The notes: generated from the sequence alone by a model not told the origin. A DNA stretch of 64,000 bases from an uncultured Holophagales bacterium (GCA_963842525.1 CAWJGT010000001.1:224001-288000), one strand, 5' to 3'. Counted from the stretch's first letter, positions 52,605 to 61,986 are shown. A program made the numbers and translations.

Positions 52605-53290
52605 TGGAAGGGCGCCAGATGACGCGCTGCGACCGCTTCGAGGAGGAAGCCCTCCTGCGGCTGGAACAGGGCCTCTCCCCGGATGAGCTGGACGAGCACT
52701 TCGCGACTTGCCCCGACTGCCGCGAGGCCCGCGCCTTCTACGACCGGCTGCGGCAGGACGTCGCCGGCGCCGGAGTAGGCGAGGAGCCGCCGCCCGGCTG
52801 GCAGGCCCAGGTGCGGCAGAGGATCGGGCACCGGCGGACCTGGCGCCGGCGATGGGCCTGGGGGTTCGGCTCCACACTCGCCGCGGCGGCAGTTGCCTTT
52901 CTGATCGTGGCCCTCCCCCGGCCGGAGACGAGCCCGGCGCTACGCTTCGAAATCGTCGCCGGCGCCATGGCCCGGCGGGGCGAGGAGGCCCATCCGGGAG
53001 ACCGGCTGGCCCTCACGGCGCATCTCGGGGCCGCGCGCTTCGCCGAGCTGCGCGTCTATCGCGACGACCGCGAGCTCGTCTTCCGTTGCCTGGGAAGCCC
53101 CCTCTGCGTCCGGGACGACGGGACCTTGCAGGCGAGCTTCGAGCTTCCCTCCAGAGGGACCTATCAGGCTCTCCTCCTGCTCTCGCCAGAGCCCCTCCCG
53201 CCGCCCACCTCCGGCCTGGACAGCGACACTTCCGCCGCTCTCGATGCGGGAGCCGAGGTCCTCATGGCCCGGCAGGTCACGGTCCGGTAG
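52604..53290 (+). CDS. Zinc-binding (zf-HC2/ZAS) transmembrane anti-sigma factor
   Basis: C...EHFATCPDC; TM GFGSTLAAAAVAFLIVAL; extracytoplasmic beta domain; TGA/ATG coupled to the sigma gene. Confidence 0.85.
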   Translation: MEGRQMTRCDRFEEEALLRLEQGLSPDELDEHFATCPDCREARAFYDRLRQDVAGAGVGEEPPPGWQAQVRQRIGHRRTWRRRWAWGFGSTLAAAAVAFLIVALPRPETSPALRFEIVAGAMARRGEEAHPGDRLALTAHLGAARFAELRVYRDDRELVFRCLGSPLCVRDDGTLQASFELPSRGTYQALLLLSPEPLPPPTSGLDSDTSAALDAGAEVLMARQVTVR

Positions 53291-53293
53291 CTC

Positions 53294-53872
53294 TCAGCTC
53301 CCGGTTCTGACCGCCGCCAGCGTCCGCTCGATCTGGGCGATGTGCTCCAGCGTGTGGGCGCGGAAGATCACGGCGTAGGCTTTCCAGTCGAAGTCGTGGA
53401 TCCATTGGACGGGAACGGTCCGGCCGTCCTCTTCCTGGACCTTGACAACCATGAGGACGGGGGTCTTGACGTCAAGGGAGGTGCTCTCCGAGGCGGCATC
53501 GAGAGCCGCGAGGTAGCCGCGATGGACCTCGCGAAGCCGCTCGAGCTGGTCCGGCCAGGTAGCGCCCAGAGGATTGGCCGAGAGCAGGCTCGCCGGAATC
53601 GGCTCCCCAGCGGGAGGAACGCCGGCGATCAGCGACCGGAGCTGCTCGACCGCCGGCCGGTGGCTCTCGACGAGATGGTCCACCACCTCCTGCACACACC
53701 ACCGGCCCGGGCCCGGCCGCACCCCAACCACCGCCTCGGGAAGGGAAGCGAGAAGCTCCTCGATCCGGGCGAACGTGCCGGCCACGCGCTCGCGGATGCT
53801 CGCCAGCGACGCCTCCGTCCCCTTCGCCCGCATATAGCGGAGGGCTGCTTCCTGCTCAGGGCGGAGGCTCAT
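53294..53872 (-). CDS. DinB family protein
   Basis: RPGPGRWCVQEVVDHL...HTLEHIAQIER. Confidence 0.85.
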   Translation of the reverse strand: MSLRPEQEAALRYMRAKGTEASLASIRERVAGTFARIEELLASLPEAVVGVRPGPGRWCVQEVVDHLVESHRPAVEQLRSLIAGVPPAGEPIPASLLSANPLGATWPDQLERLREVHRGYLAALDAASESTSLDVKTPVLMVVKVQEEDGRTVPVQWIHDFDWKAYAVIFRAHTLEHIAQIERTLAAVRTGS

Positions 53873-54261
53873 TCTTCCCCCCGGTACTGCTCCTCCGAGA
53901 CCGGCTCCAACCAATCCGTGTCCAGGTCGATGTTGATGGCCAGATGGGCCATGGGGGCGTCCGGGGTGGCGCCGTGCCAGTGCTTTTCGCCGGCGGGGAT
54001 GTGGATCGTCTCCCCGATCCCCGCCTCCTGGACCGGCCCACCCTCGTGCTGGAACCGGCAGCGGCCCTCGACCACGACCAGGATCTGCACACCGGTATGG
54101 GTGTGCCAGTTGGTGCGCGCCCCGGCGGAAAACTCGACCCGGAAGACCTTGACGTTTGTGGGCGGGCCGGTTTCGGTCATCCGCCGGAGCGTCACCGGGC
54201 CAGTGAAATAGCCGGGATCGCCGGGCTTGCCTTCGATCTCGGTGGTGTTCAGGACGCGCAT
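53869..54261 (-). CDS. Cupin domain protein
   Basis: YFTG, FSAGARTNWHTH..VQIL, IPAGEKHWHGA, MAHLAI, WLEPVSEEQY. Confidence 0.92.
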   Translation of the reverse strand: MRVLNTTEIEGKPGDPGYFTGPVTLRRMTETGPPTNVKVFRVEFSAGARTNWHTHTGVQILVVVEGRCRFQHEGGPVQEAGIGETIHIPAGEKHWHGATPDAPMAHLAINIDLDTDWLEPVSEEQYRGEE

Positions 54262-54281
54262 GCCCCGCCAGCCTTTCCGTA

Positions 54282-54488
54282 TCAGCGAACCCGATGACTA
54301 CGGATCTCGTTGACGATGTCATCCAGGGACATCCCCGCGAAGAGCTCGCGCCGCTCCTCGGTGTAGTCGCCCCGCCCCAGGGTGAACTGGTTGATGAACC
54401 GGACGGTGTTGGCGATGCCGATTTCGCGGAACAGAACAGCCACCGCATCGTGGGTGATTTCGTGCAGAGATTTCGTTTGTACAGTCAT
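54282..54488 (-). CDS. Small antitoxin-like partner of the PIN gene
   Basis: AVAVLFREIGIANTVRFINQFTLGRGDYTEER; overlaps the stop of the PIN fragment. Confidence 0.75.
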   Translation of the reverse strand: MTVQTKSLHEITHDAVAVLFREIGIANTVRFINQFTLGRGDYTEERRELFAGMSLDDIVNEIRSHRVR

Positions 54489-54700
54489 CTGTCGATCTCC
54501 TCGATCAGCTCAAGCGGGGAAACCACGTGCAAAGTGAGGTCGGTCAGAGCTTTCGCACGACGAAGGAGTTTGTCATCGCAGGTGCAAAAGTAGTCCGCCC
54601 GGGCCTCGAGGGCTGAAGAGAGATGCAGAGCATCGAGCGGCGGAATACATGCCTCCTCCAGGATCTTCGCGCCCCTGACGACTTCATCTGTCATCCGCAT
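54485..54700 (-). pseudogene. PIN-domain toxin, C-terminal half only
   Basis: PPLDALHLSSALEARADYFCTCDDKLLRRA, VVSPLELI. The N-terminal D-containing strand is absent although RBS+ATG are retained. Confidence 0.75.
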
Positions 54701-54768
54701 GGCTCGCTTCCTTACCGATCCTACTCGATTCTGTCCCTTCAGCCCGCCGCTGTAAGCTCGACCGTCCT

Positions 54769-55815
54769 ATGTCCTCGCCCGCCGACCGTCTCCGCGACCG
54801 TCTCCGCGCCTCCGGGCCGATCCCTTTCGCCACCTTCATGGAAGAGGCCCTCTATGGCGAGGGAGGTTACTACCGCCGCGAGGATCTGCCGATCGGCGAG
54901 GCTGGGGACTTCGTCACCGGCTCGTCGTTCTCCCCTCTGTTCGGCCGGGCGACCGCGCGCCTGCTCAGCCGTCTGGACACCGACCTGGGCCGGCCGGCCG
55001 GGTTCCTCGAGGCCGGATACGGCACCGGGATCCACCTGGGGAACGTGGTCACAACCTTATTAGATAGGGGAGCCGCGGACCGGAGGGTCCTTGCCTGGGA
55101 CCGGGTGGCCCGGACGGTGCCGGCCGGGGTGGAGCGGATCGGGTCGCTGGCGGAGATCGGGGACGGGGAGATCGACGGGCTGATCTTCTCCTACGAGCTG
55201 CTCGACGCCCTGCCGGTCCACCGGCTCGTCGGCCGGGCGGACGGATCGGTAGGGGAGCTCTGGGTCGCGCTGGACGACGCAGGAAGCTTCGCCTGGCAGG
55301 AGGAGGAGCTGTCCGATCCGGAGCTCCTCGGCCTGCTGCGCGATCCGCGCGATCCGGATATCGAGCTCCGTCCGGGCCAGGTGGCGGACCTGTCGCCGGA
55401 CTGGGGTCCGCTTTACGGCGAGCTGGCCCGCAAGCTGGGCCGGGGCCTGATCGTCACCTGCGACTACGGCTACGAGCGGACGCAGCTCCTCGATCCGCGC
55501 GTCCGCCAGCACGGCACCCTCGCCTGCTACTCCCGGCACCGGCTTCACCGCAACCCCTTCGTCCTGGTGGGAGAGCAGGACCTCACGGCCCACGTCGACC
55601 TCACGACCCTGATCCGCGCCGGCGAGGCGGCCGGGCTCACCACGATCAGCCTCACCCGCCAGGCCCTCTGGCTCGCCACCTGCGGCCTTTTCGAAGACCT
55701 CCAGGGTGCCGACCCCGAGACCCGCCAGGCCGCCATGGCCCTCCTCGACGGCGAGGGGATGGGAGAGGAGATCCGCGTGCTCGTGCAGGCGCGGGAGATT
55801 AAAATCTCCCTATGA
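54769..55815 (+). CDS. SAM-dependent methyltransferase, MidA/NDUFAF7 family
   Basis: GPIPFATFMEEALYGEGGYY, GDFVT, EAGYGTG, SYELLDALPVH, CDYG, GEQDLTAHVD. Confidence 0.92.
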   Translation: MSSPADRLRDRLRASGPIPFATFMEEALYGEGGYYRREDLPIGEAGDFVTGSSFSPLFGRATARLLSRLDTDLGRPAGFLEAGYGTGIHLGNVVTTLLDRGAADRRVLAWDRVARTVPAGVERIGSLAEIGDGEIDGLIFSYELLDALPVHRLVGRADGSVGELWVALDDAGSFAWQEEELSDPELLGLLRDPRDPDIELRPGQVADLSPDWGPLYGELARKLGRGLIVTCDYGYERTQLLDPRVRQHGTLACYSRHRLHRNPFVLVGEQDLTAHVDLTTLIRAGEAAGLTTISLTRQALWLATCGLFEDLQGADPETRQAAMALLDGEGMGEEIRVLVQAREIKISL

Positions 55816-56063
55816 AAATCGAAGTCACCACTCCAAGCGGGCACCTCATCAGCATCTCCTCCAGCAAGATCACCGGCCAGGAGGTCGTCACCTACGACGG
55901 CCAGACCGTATCGGAGAAGAGATCCCTGCTCTATGTGTCGCCCCATTCCTTCTGGGCCACGGAAGAGGGGGAGGAGGTCATCTACGAGGTCAACATCCTC
56001 GCCGGCTGGTTCGAGCACGGCTACATCGTCCGCCGCAACGGGCTCCCGATCGCCCACTCCTGA
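55812..56063 (+). CDS. Small hypothetical protein
   Basis: ATGA overlap with the previous stop; ITGQEVVTYDGQTVSEKRS; GC3-biased codons. Confidence 0.7.
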   Translation: MKIEVTTPSGHLISISSSKITGQEVVTYDGQTVSEKRSLLYVSPHSFWATEEGEEVIYEVNILAGWFEHGYIVRRNGLPIAHS

Positions 56064-56095
56064 GATCGAAGGCCGGACACCATCGTGCGCTCTAT

Positions 56096-56485
56096 CTGGA
56101 TCGATCCAGCGTCATCCGATAGGCATTCAGAGTCACCTGGATCGATCCAGCGTCATCCGGCAAGCCTGCCGAGTCGCCGATAGGCGTTCAGGGTCGCCCT
56201 GGATCGATATCGGGCACCTCGGATCGATCCAGAAGACTCTGCACCGATCCAGGGTCACTTGATACGCGTACAGGTCCGCCTGGATCGATCGCGAGCCACC
56301 TCGGATGCGTCCCGAGTGCTCTGGATCGATCCAGCCTCACTGATAAGCGTTCCAGGTCGCCTGGATCGATCGCGGCTCACCTCGGATGCATCCAGAGAGC
56401 TCTGGATCGATCCAGCGTCATCCGATAGGCATCCAGGTCACCTGATACGCGTACAGGTTGCTCTGGATTGATCGCAGGTCACCTC
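56096..56485. repeat. Degenerate ~20-21-bp tandem array (about 19 units) with core palindrome CTGGATCGATCCAG
   Basis: Core or variants at 56096, 56137, 56199, 56219, 56239, 56280, 56301, 56321, 56340, 56361, 56382, 56402, 56422, 56442 and 56463. Confidence 0.88.
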
Positions 56486-56541
56486 GAGCAGAGCCGGCGG
56501 ACGCCGAGCGCACCGGACGCAGCACCCAAACGACAGGGCGC

Positions 56542-56601
56542 GGTAGAGACGCCCCCAGTCCGTGACCACGAACCTGCCGGGTGTACACAGTCGGGGCGTC
56601 T
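56542..56601. repeat. GTAG-type REP element, copy 1
   Basis: GGTAGAGACGCCCCCAGTCCGTGACC...AGTCGGGGCGTCT; identical 60-bp copy at 57480-57539. Confidence 0.9.
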
Positions 56602-56610
56602 ACCGAATGG

Positions 56611-56687
56611 CGCCCTCCGGGCTCGCAAAAAGGCGGTCGAATGAGCCCGTAGGGCGGAACTGGGTAGCCCAGGGTGTGAACCCTGGG
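56611..56687. repeat. Second palindromic element type
   Basis: CGCCCTCCGGGCT pairs with AGCCCGTAGGGCG, followed by the hairpin CCCAGGGT-GTGA-ACCCTGGG. Confidence 0.6.
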
Positions 56688-56704
56688 CGAGCGGGGGCCG
56701 GAGT

Positions 56705-56773
56705 CCTCACCCCCTGTCCCCCTCTCCCATCTCCCTTCCACCCCCCGCCGGGAGAGGGGGAACGCATCCGGAG
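56705..56773. repeat. Single boxC-like repeat
   Basis: 69-bp exact reverse complement of 11112-11180. Confidence 0.9.
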
Positions 56774-56774
56774 A

Positions 56775-57182
56775 TCAAAGAGCCGACGGGGTGACCCACT
56801 GTATGCCGCGAATTCCCTCGAAATGCCCGTCGGCGCTTACGATTGTCTCGATCTTTTGGTTCAGCATGGTGGCTACGTGGATTGCGTCTCGAGTCGGAAG
56901 CGCAGGGTATTGTTCAAGAAGGTCGCACGCGGTCAGCATGTCGGCCCTGGTAACCGGAAGGAGATCCGGAAAGAGGAGGATCGTGCGGCGCGCCAGCTCG
57001 CGGCCGGCACTGGCCATCCCTCGCCGGTTCAGCACGAACAGGATTTCCTGGACGACTTCGGAATTGGTCGTCGCAGCGAGATCGCCATGTGCGACCCGTT
57101 CGAGGATCTGCTGACTGGGTCTCCGGAAGGGGTGATCCGCCCCGGAGGCGTAGAGAAACACGTTGGTGTCAAGGAAGACCAT
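56775..57182 (-). CDS. vapC: VapC PIN-domain toxin
   Basis: VFLDTNVFLYA, EVVQEIL, RDAIHVATM, IVSADGHF. Confidence 0.93.
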   Translation of the reverse strand: MVFLDTNVFLYASGADHPFRRPSQQILERVAHGDLAATTNSEVVQEILFVLNRRGMASAGRELARRTILLFPDLLPVTRADMLTACDLLEQYPALPTRDAIHVATMLNQKIETIVSADGHFEGIRGIQWVTPSAL

Positions 57183-57417
57183 TGCTGTGGGCCTCTGCGA
57201 TCTCCTCGTCCAAAGAGTCCCAGTCGCTGAACGGAAGCTCCATGGCGCAGATCTCTTCCATAGCCCGGATCCGATCTTGCTGCTGACTGAGGTATCTCTC
57301 CCGCACGGCAGTCCGCACCAGCTCTGCAACCGAGGTACCCTGCCGCCGCGCAACGGCCTCCAACTGCTGGTACTCTTCAGGCTCCATCAAGATTTGGGCA
57401 CGCCGGGTATGAGCCAT
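57169..57417 (-). CDS. CopG/ribbon-helix-helix antitoxin
   Basis: RRAQILMEPEEYQQLEAVARRQGTSVAELVRTAV; GGAGG RBS; overlaps the vapC start. Confidence 0.9.
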   Translation of the reverse strand: MAHTRRAQILMEPEEYQQLEAVARRQGTSVAELVRTAVRERYLSQQQDRIRAMEEICAMELPFSDWDSLDEEIAEAHSNGLP

Positions 57418-57479
57418 GGATGACCTCCTCTCATACTCATCCTCATCAGTATACCTCGGTGCACCGACACGCAGGATGG

Positions 57480-57760
57480 GGTAGAGACGCCCCCAGTCCG
57501 TGACCACGAACCTGCCGGGTGTACACAGTCGGGGCGTCTCTCAAGGCCGCGCCGGCGAAAGGGGCTCGCTCTTGTGCAGGAAACCACCGCCCGGGACCTC
57601 TGTGCGTCGCCGGGGCGACCACCCGCCAGCCATTCGCGCACGGGAGGGCCCATCTCGGCGTCCATGGCGTGTTGCCTGCGTTGGTGGTATCTGGGGCCGT
57701 GAGACGCCCCGACGGTTTGCACCCGGTCGTTTGGTGGTCACGGACTGGGGCGTCTCTACC
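57480..57760. repeat. REPIN-like inverted doublet of GTAG REP elements
   Basis: Copy 2 at 57480-57540 and a diverged inverted copy at 57701-57760 (ends GGGGCGTCTCTACC). Confidence 0.85.
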
Positions 57761-57786
57761 CGAGTTCCGGACGGAGCCCCCTTTCC

Positions 57787-57814
57787 TTGACACCCCACCC
57801 GCCTTGGGTAGAAT
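57787..57814 (+). promoter_or_regulatory. Sigma70 promoter of the nuo operon
   Basis: TTGACA-16 bp-TAGAAT, 57 bp before the nuoA ATG. Confidence 0.75.
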
Positions 57815-57871
57815 ACGCCCGGTTCAAAGAGAGGGGGTCCAGGCAGCACCTCACGGAGGTCCAGGCGCTTT

Positions 57872-58228
57872 ATGGAGAGCTACCTTCCGATTCTCGTGTT
57901 CACCGTGGTCGCCATCCTGTTTCTGGCGGCGACGCTGATTGCTGCGCGCCTGCTGCGGCATGCCGCCGGGGCGACGACCAACCTCGACCCGTACGAGTGC
58001 GGCAACGAGCCCGAGACCTTCGCGCACGACCACCGCTTCTCGGTCCGCTACTACCTGATCGCGGTGCTTTTCGTCATCTTCGACGTCGAGACCATCTTCC
58101 TGTTCCCCTGGGCGGTCCTGTTCGATCGGCTCGCGCTCTTCGGGTTCATCGAGATGATGGTCTTCCTGGTCATCCTCGTCGTCGGCTACGTCTACATCTG
58201 GAACCGGGGGGCTCTGCGTTGGGCATGA
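57872..58228 (+). CDS. nuoA: NADH-quinone oxidoreductase subunit A
   Basis: [31 protein letters not shown]. Confidence 0.97.
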   Translation: MESYLPILVFTVVAILFLAATLIAARLLRHAAGATTNLDPYECGNEPETFAHDHRFSVRYYLIAVLFVIFDVETIFLFPWAVLFDRLALFGFIEMMVFLVILVVGYVYIWNRGALRWA

Positions 58229-58731
58229 CCGGCATCGGCTCGAGTGGCTCGGGGGAGGCGAACGTCCTCACCACGACCTACGACAAGATCTTCAACTGGG
58301 CGCGGCGCTCGGCGATCTGGCCGATGCAGTTCGGCCTCGCCTGCTGCGCCATCGAGATGATGGCGGTCCTCGACCCGCGGCACGACATGTCCCGCTTCGG
58401 CGCCGAGGTCTTCCGCGCCACGCCGCGCCAGAGCGACCTCATGATCGTGGCCGGCACGGTCACCGAGAAGATGGCACCTATCGTGCGCCGCCTCTGGGAC
58501 CAGATGCCGGAGCCCAAGTGGGCCCTCGCCATGGGCGCCTGCGCCACCTGCGGCGGCCCCTACCGCACGTATGCCGTCACCCAGGGGGTCGATCGCGTCA
58601 TCCCGGTCGATGTCTATGTGCCGGGCTGCCCGCCCCGTCCCGAGGCCCTGCTCTGGGGGCTCCTCCACCTGCAGCGCAAGATCGACCGCATGACGGTGTC
58701 GAAAAAGAGCACCGCCGAGGCCCGGGCATGA
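58225..58731 (+). CDS. nuoB: NADH-quinone oxidoreductase subunit B
   Basis: [33 protein letters not shown]. Confidence 0.97.
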   Translation: MTGIGSSGSGEANVLTTTYDKIFNWARRSAIWPMQFGLACCAIEMMAVLDPRHDMSRFGAEVFRATPRQSDLMIVAGTVTEKMAPIVRRLWDQMPEPKWALAMGACATCGGPYRTYAVTQGVDRVIPVDVYVPGCPPRPEALLWGLLHLQRKIDRMTVSKKSTAEARA

Positions 58732-59783
58732 GCGACGAGCAGGGCCAGCCTCCAGAAGGAAGTGCTCCTCCGGACACTCCGGAGAAGCCCTCCGAGGTAC
58801 CTGCGGCACCCGCAGCTGAGCCCGCCGCGGCCCGCGAAGCCGCCGAGGCCAAGGCGGATGCCGTTGTGGCCGCCGCCGGGTCGGAGCAGGCCGCCGGCGC
58901 CGTCCAGCAGCCGGCCGACATTGCATCCACTGCGCCGCCGGCCGAGAAGAAGCCCCTGACCGACGAAGAGAAGGCCGCCCTCAAGGCCGCCGCGCTGGAG
59001 AAGGCGAAGGCCGCCGCCGAGGCGAAAAAGGCTGCCGCGGCGGCCGGAGGCGCCGCGCCCGCGGGGGACAAACCCGCACCTGCGGCCAAGCCCAAGCACG
59101 AGGAAGACCCCAACAAGTCGGCCTGGGAGAAGGATCCGGTCGTTCCCGAGTGGCAGGACGCCTCCTCCGATCCGCTGGCCGCGGCGATCAAGGACGAATT
59201 CGGCGAGGCCATCGAGTCGGCGCGCAGCTTCGCGGGCGACCTCGCCTTCCAGGTGCGGCGCGATGCGGTCGCCGAGGTGGCGGCCTCGCTCAAGAACAAG
59301 CACAGGTTCACCTACCTGGTGGACATCTGCGGCGCCGACTACCCGAAGCGCGAGCCGCGCTTCGACGTCGTCTACCACCTCTACAGCTTCGAGGCGAACC
59401 GCCGCGTCCGCCTCAAGGTGGTCACCGACGAGGCGACCCCGGTGCCGACCCTGTGCGGCGTCTGGCGCGCCGCCAACTGGTCCGAGCGCGAGGTCTACGA
59501 CATGTACGGCGTGCGCTTCTCGGGGCACCCGGACATGACCCGCATCCTCCTCTGGGAAGGCTTCAACGGCTACCCGTTGCGCAAGGACTTCCCCGTCGAA
59601 GGAATCGACACCGGCAGCGCCATCTACCCCGAGTACTACGAGCCGTCCGCCGGACCCATCGCGGGCACCGGCACCGGCTGGAAGCCGGCCAAGCCGCCCG
59701 AGCCGCCGACCCAGGCAATCCACCGGCAGGCGCTCAGACGCCGCCGGCCGGCGAGAAGACCGCTGCGAGCTAGACGATCATGA
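58728..59783 (+). CDS. nuoC: NADH-quinone oxidoreductase subunit C with a long Ala/Pro/Lys-rich N-terminal extension
   Basis: [38 protein letters not shown]. Confidence 0.93.
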   Translation: MSDEQGQPPEGSAPPDTPEKPSEVPAAPAAEPAAAREAAEAKADAVVAAAGSEQAAGAVQQPADIASTAPPAEKKPLTDEEKAALKAAALEKAKAAAEAKKAAAAAGGAAPAGDKPAPAAKPKHEEDPNKSAWEKDPVVPEWQDASSDPLAAAIKDEFGEAIESARSFAGDLAFQVRRDAVAEVAASLKNKHRFTYLVDICGADYPKREPRFDVVYHLYSFEANRRVRLKVVTDEATPVPTLCGVWRAANWSEREVYDMYGVRFSGHPDMTRILLWEGFNGYPLRKDFPVEGIDTGSAIYPEYYEPSAGPIAGTGTGWKPAKPPEPPTQAIHRQALRRRRPARRPLRARRS

Positions 59784-60925
59784 CCCAGCCGCTCAGCCTG
59801 CCGCCGGACGACCACGACAGCCTCTTCGCCAGGGGCGAGGAGATGGAGCTCGACTTCGGGCCCCAGCACCCGTCGACCCATGGCGTGCTCCGGCTCAAGC
59901 TCAGGGTCGACGGCGAGCGGATCATCGACTGCTATCCGATCATCGGCTATCTCCACCGCGGCACCGAGAAGCTCTTCGAGCTCCACCCCTTCTTTCAGAA
60001 CGTCCCCCACACGGACCGCATGGACTACGTGGCCGCGGCGACCAACAACCTCGCCTATGTGGGAGCGGTGGAGAAGCTGGTCGGCCTGGTGGTGCCGCCG
60101 CGGGCGCGCTACATCCGCACCATCCTCGCCGAGCTGCAGCGGATCTCGTCGCACCTGCTCTGGCTCGCCACGCACGCGATCGACATCGGCGCCATGACGC
60201 CGTTTTTCTACACCTTCCGCGAGCGCGAGCTGATCCTCGACCTTTTTGAACAATATTGCGGCGCGCGGCTGACCCTGAACTGCATGCGGCCGGGCGGCCA
60301 GCCGCACGACCTGCCGGTGGGCTGGGCCGACCGCTGCCGCGAGTTCGTCGAGCTGTTTCCGCCGAAGATCGACGAGTACGAAGGGCTCCTGACCAATAAC
60401 CGCATCTGGAAGAAGCGGACGGTGGGGGTCGGCGTGCTCCCTCCCGACGTGGCCATCGACTACGGCGTCACCGGCCCCATGCTGCGCGGCAGCGGCATCC
60501 GGTGGGACCTGCGCAAGGCCATGCCTTACGAGGCCTATCCGGAGGTCGAGTTCGAGGTGCCGATCGGCACCAACGGCGACACCTACGACCGCTACCTCGT
60601 GCGCATGGAGGAGATGCGGCAGGCGAACCGCATCGTCGGCCAGTGCCTGGACAAGCTCCCTGACGGGCCCATCATGGCCAAGCGGCCCCGGGTCCTGAAG
60701 GCGGGCAAGGACGCCGAGGTCTACCACGGCATCGAGAGCCCGAAGGGGGAGATCGGCTTCTACATCGTCGGCGACGGCACGCCCAACCCGTACCGCTGCC
60801 ACGTCCGGCCGCCGTCGTTCATCAACCTGCAGTCGCTGCCCGAGCTGTGCAAGGGGTACCTGCTGGCCGACCTCGTGGCGCTGATCGGCACGACCGACAT
60901 CGTGCTCGGGGAGGTGGACCGCTGA
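59780..60925 (+). CDS. nuoD: NADH-quinone oxidoreductase subunit D
   Basis: FGPQHPSTHGVLRL, GYLHRGTEKL, DRMDY, ESPKGE, DIVLGEVDR. Confidence 0.98.
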   Translation: MTQPLSLPPDDHDSLFARGEEMELDFGPQHPSTHGVLRLKLRVDGERIIDCYPIIGYLHRGTEKLFELHPFFQNVPHTDRMDYVAAATNNLAYVGAVEKLVGLVVPPRARYIRTILAELQRISSHLLWLATHAIDIGAMTPFFYTFRERELILDLFEQYCGARLTLNCMRPGGQPHDLPVGWADRCREFVELFPPKIDEYEGLLTNNRIWKKRTVGVGVLPPDVAIDYGVTGPMLRGSGIRWDLRKAMPYEAYPEVEFEVPIGTNGDTYDRYLVRMEEMRQANRIVGQCLDKLPDGPIMAKRPRVLKAGKDAEVYHGIESPKGEIGFYIVGDGTPNPYRCHVRPPSFINLQSLPELCKGYLLADLVALIGTTDIVLGEVDR

Positions 60926-61986
60926 TGTTCGACTCGATCCGCGAGGCCGTCGGCGATACGCTCTTCTACTACGCAGTCTCGCCGCTGCTGAAGATCGTCG
61001 TCCTCCTCTTCCTGGGCATCCTGCCGCTCATCACCTACCTGGTGCTGGCCGAGCGCAAGATCCTCGGCTACATGCAGGCCCGGTTGGGGCCGAACCGGGT
61101 GGGGCCGTGGGGAATCCTGCAGCCCATCGCCGACGTGATGAAGCTGCTGGTCAAGGAGGACACGATCCCCCGCCAGGCGGTCAAGTGGGCGTTCATCCTC
61201 GCCCCCTGCCTGGTGGTCGGGCCGGCCTTCATCATCTTCTCGGTCATCCCCATGGGGCCGAAGGGACAGGCCGGCGGGCTCTCGTGGTTCATCACCGACG
61301 TCAACACCGGCCTGCTGTTCGTGATCGCCATGGCCACGATCGGCGTCTACGGCCTGATCATCGGCGGCTGGTCGTCGAACAACAAGTTCTCGCTGATGGG
61401 CGGCCTGCGCTCGGCGGCGCAGATGATCTCCTACGAGGTGCCGCAGGGCCTGTCCCTGGTCGGCCCGCTGCTCCTCGCCGGCACCATGTCGCTGGTGGGG
61501 ATCGTCGAAGCGCAGCGGGAGGCAGGCGTCTGGTACATCGTGCCGCAGTTCGCCGCCTTCTTCATCTACCTGGTGGCCGGCGTGGCCGAGTCGAACCGCA
61601 ACCCGTTCAACCTCCCCGAGGCCGAGTCGGAGCTGGTGGCAGGCTTCCACACCGAGTACAGCGGCATGCGCTTCGCCCTCTTCTTCCTGGGCGAATACGC
61701 CAACATGATCGTGATCTCGGCGGTGGCGACCACGCTGTTCCTGGGCGGCTGGCTGCGGCCGTTCCCGAACGTCGAAGCCCTGGCGTTCCTCGACGTGGTC
61801 CCCGGGGTGATCTGGTTTTCTCTCAAGGTCTTCTTCTTCCTCTTCGTCTACATCTGGTTCCGCGGCACCTTCCCGCGCTACCGCTTCGATCAACTGATGG
61901 ACCTGGGATGGAAGTGGATGATCCCGCTGTCCCTGCTCAACGTGGCGGTCACCGCCCTGGTGAAGCTGCTGCTGTTGCCGGACTGA
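60925..61986 (+). CDS. nuoH: NADH-quinone oxidoreductase subunit H
   Basis: ERKILGYMQARLGPNRVG, AQMISYE, PFNLPEAESELVAG, PRYRFDQLM. Confidence 0.98.
   Translation: MFDSIREAVGDTLFYYAVSPLLKIVVLLFLGILPLITYLVLAERKILGYMQARLGPNRVGPWGILQPIADVMKLLVKEDTIPRQAVKWAFILAPCLVVGPAFIIFSVIPMGPKGQAGGLSWFITDVNTGLLFVIAMATIGVYGLIIGGWSSNNKFSLMGGLRSAAQMISYEVPQGLSLVGPLLLAGTMSLVGIVEAQREAGVWYIVPQFAAFFIYLVAGVAESNRNPFNLPEAESELVAGFHTEYSGMRFALFFLGEYANMIVISAVATTLFLGGWLRPFPNVEALAFLDVVPGVIWFSLKVFFFLFVYIWFRGTFPRYRFDQLMDLGWKWMIPLSLLNVAVTALVKLLLLPD

Noticed and set aside
49173-53290. Type III-E CRISPR-Craspase locus
   Set aside because: No Cas7-11 and no array; only the CHAT-sigma analogy holds.
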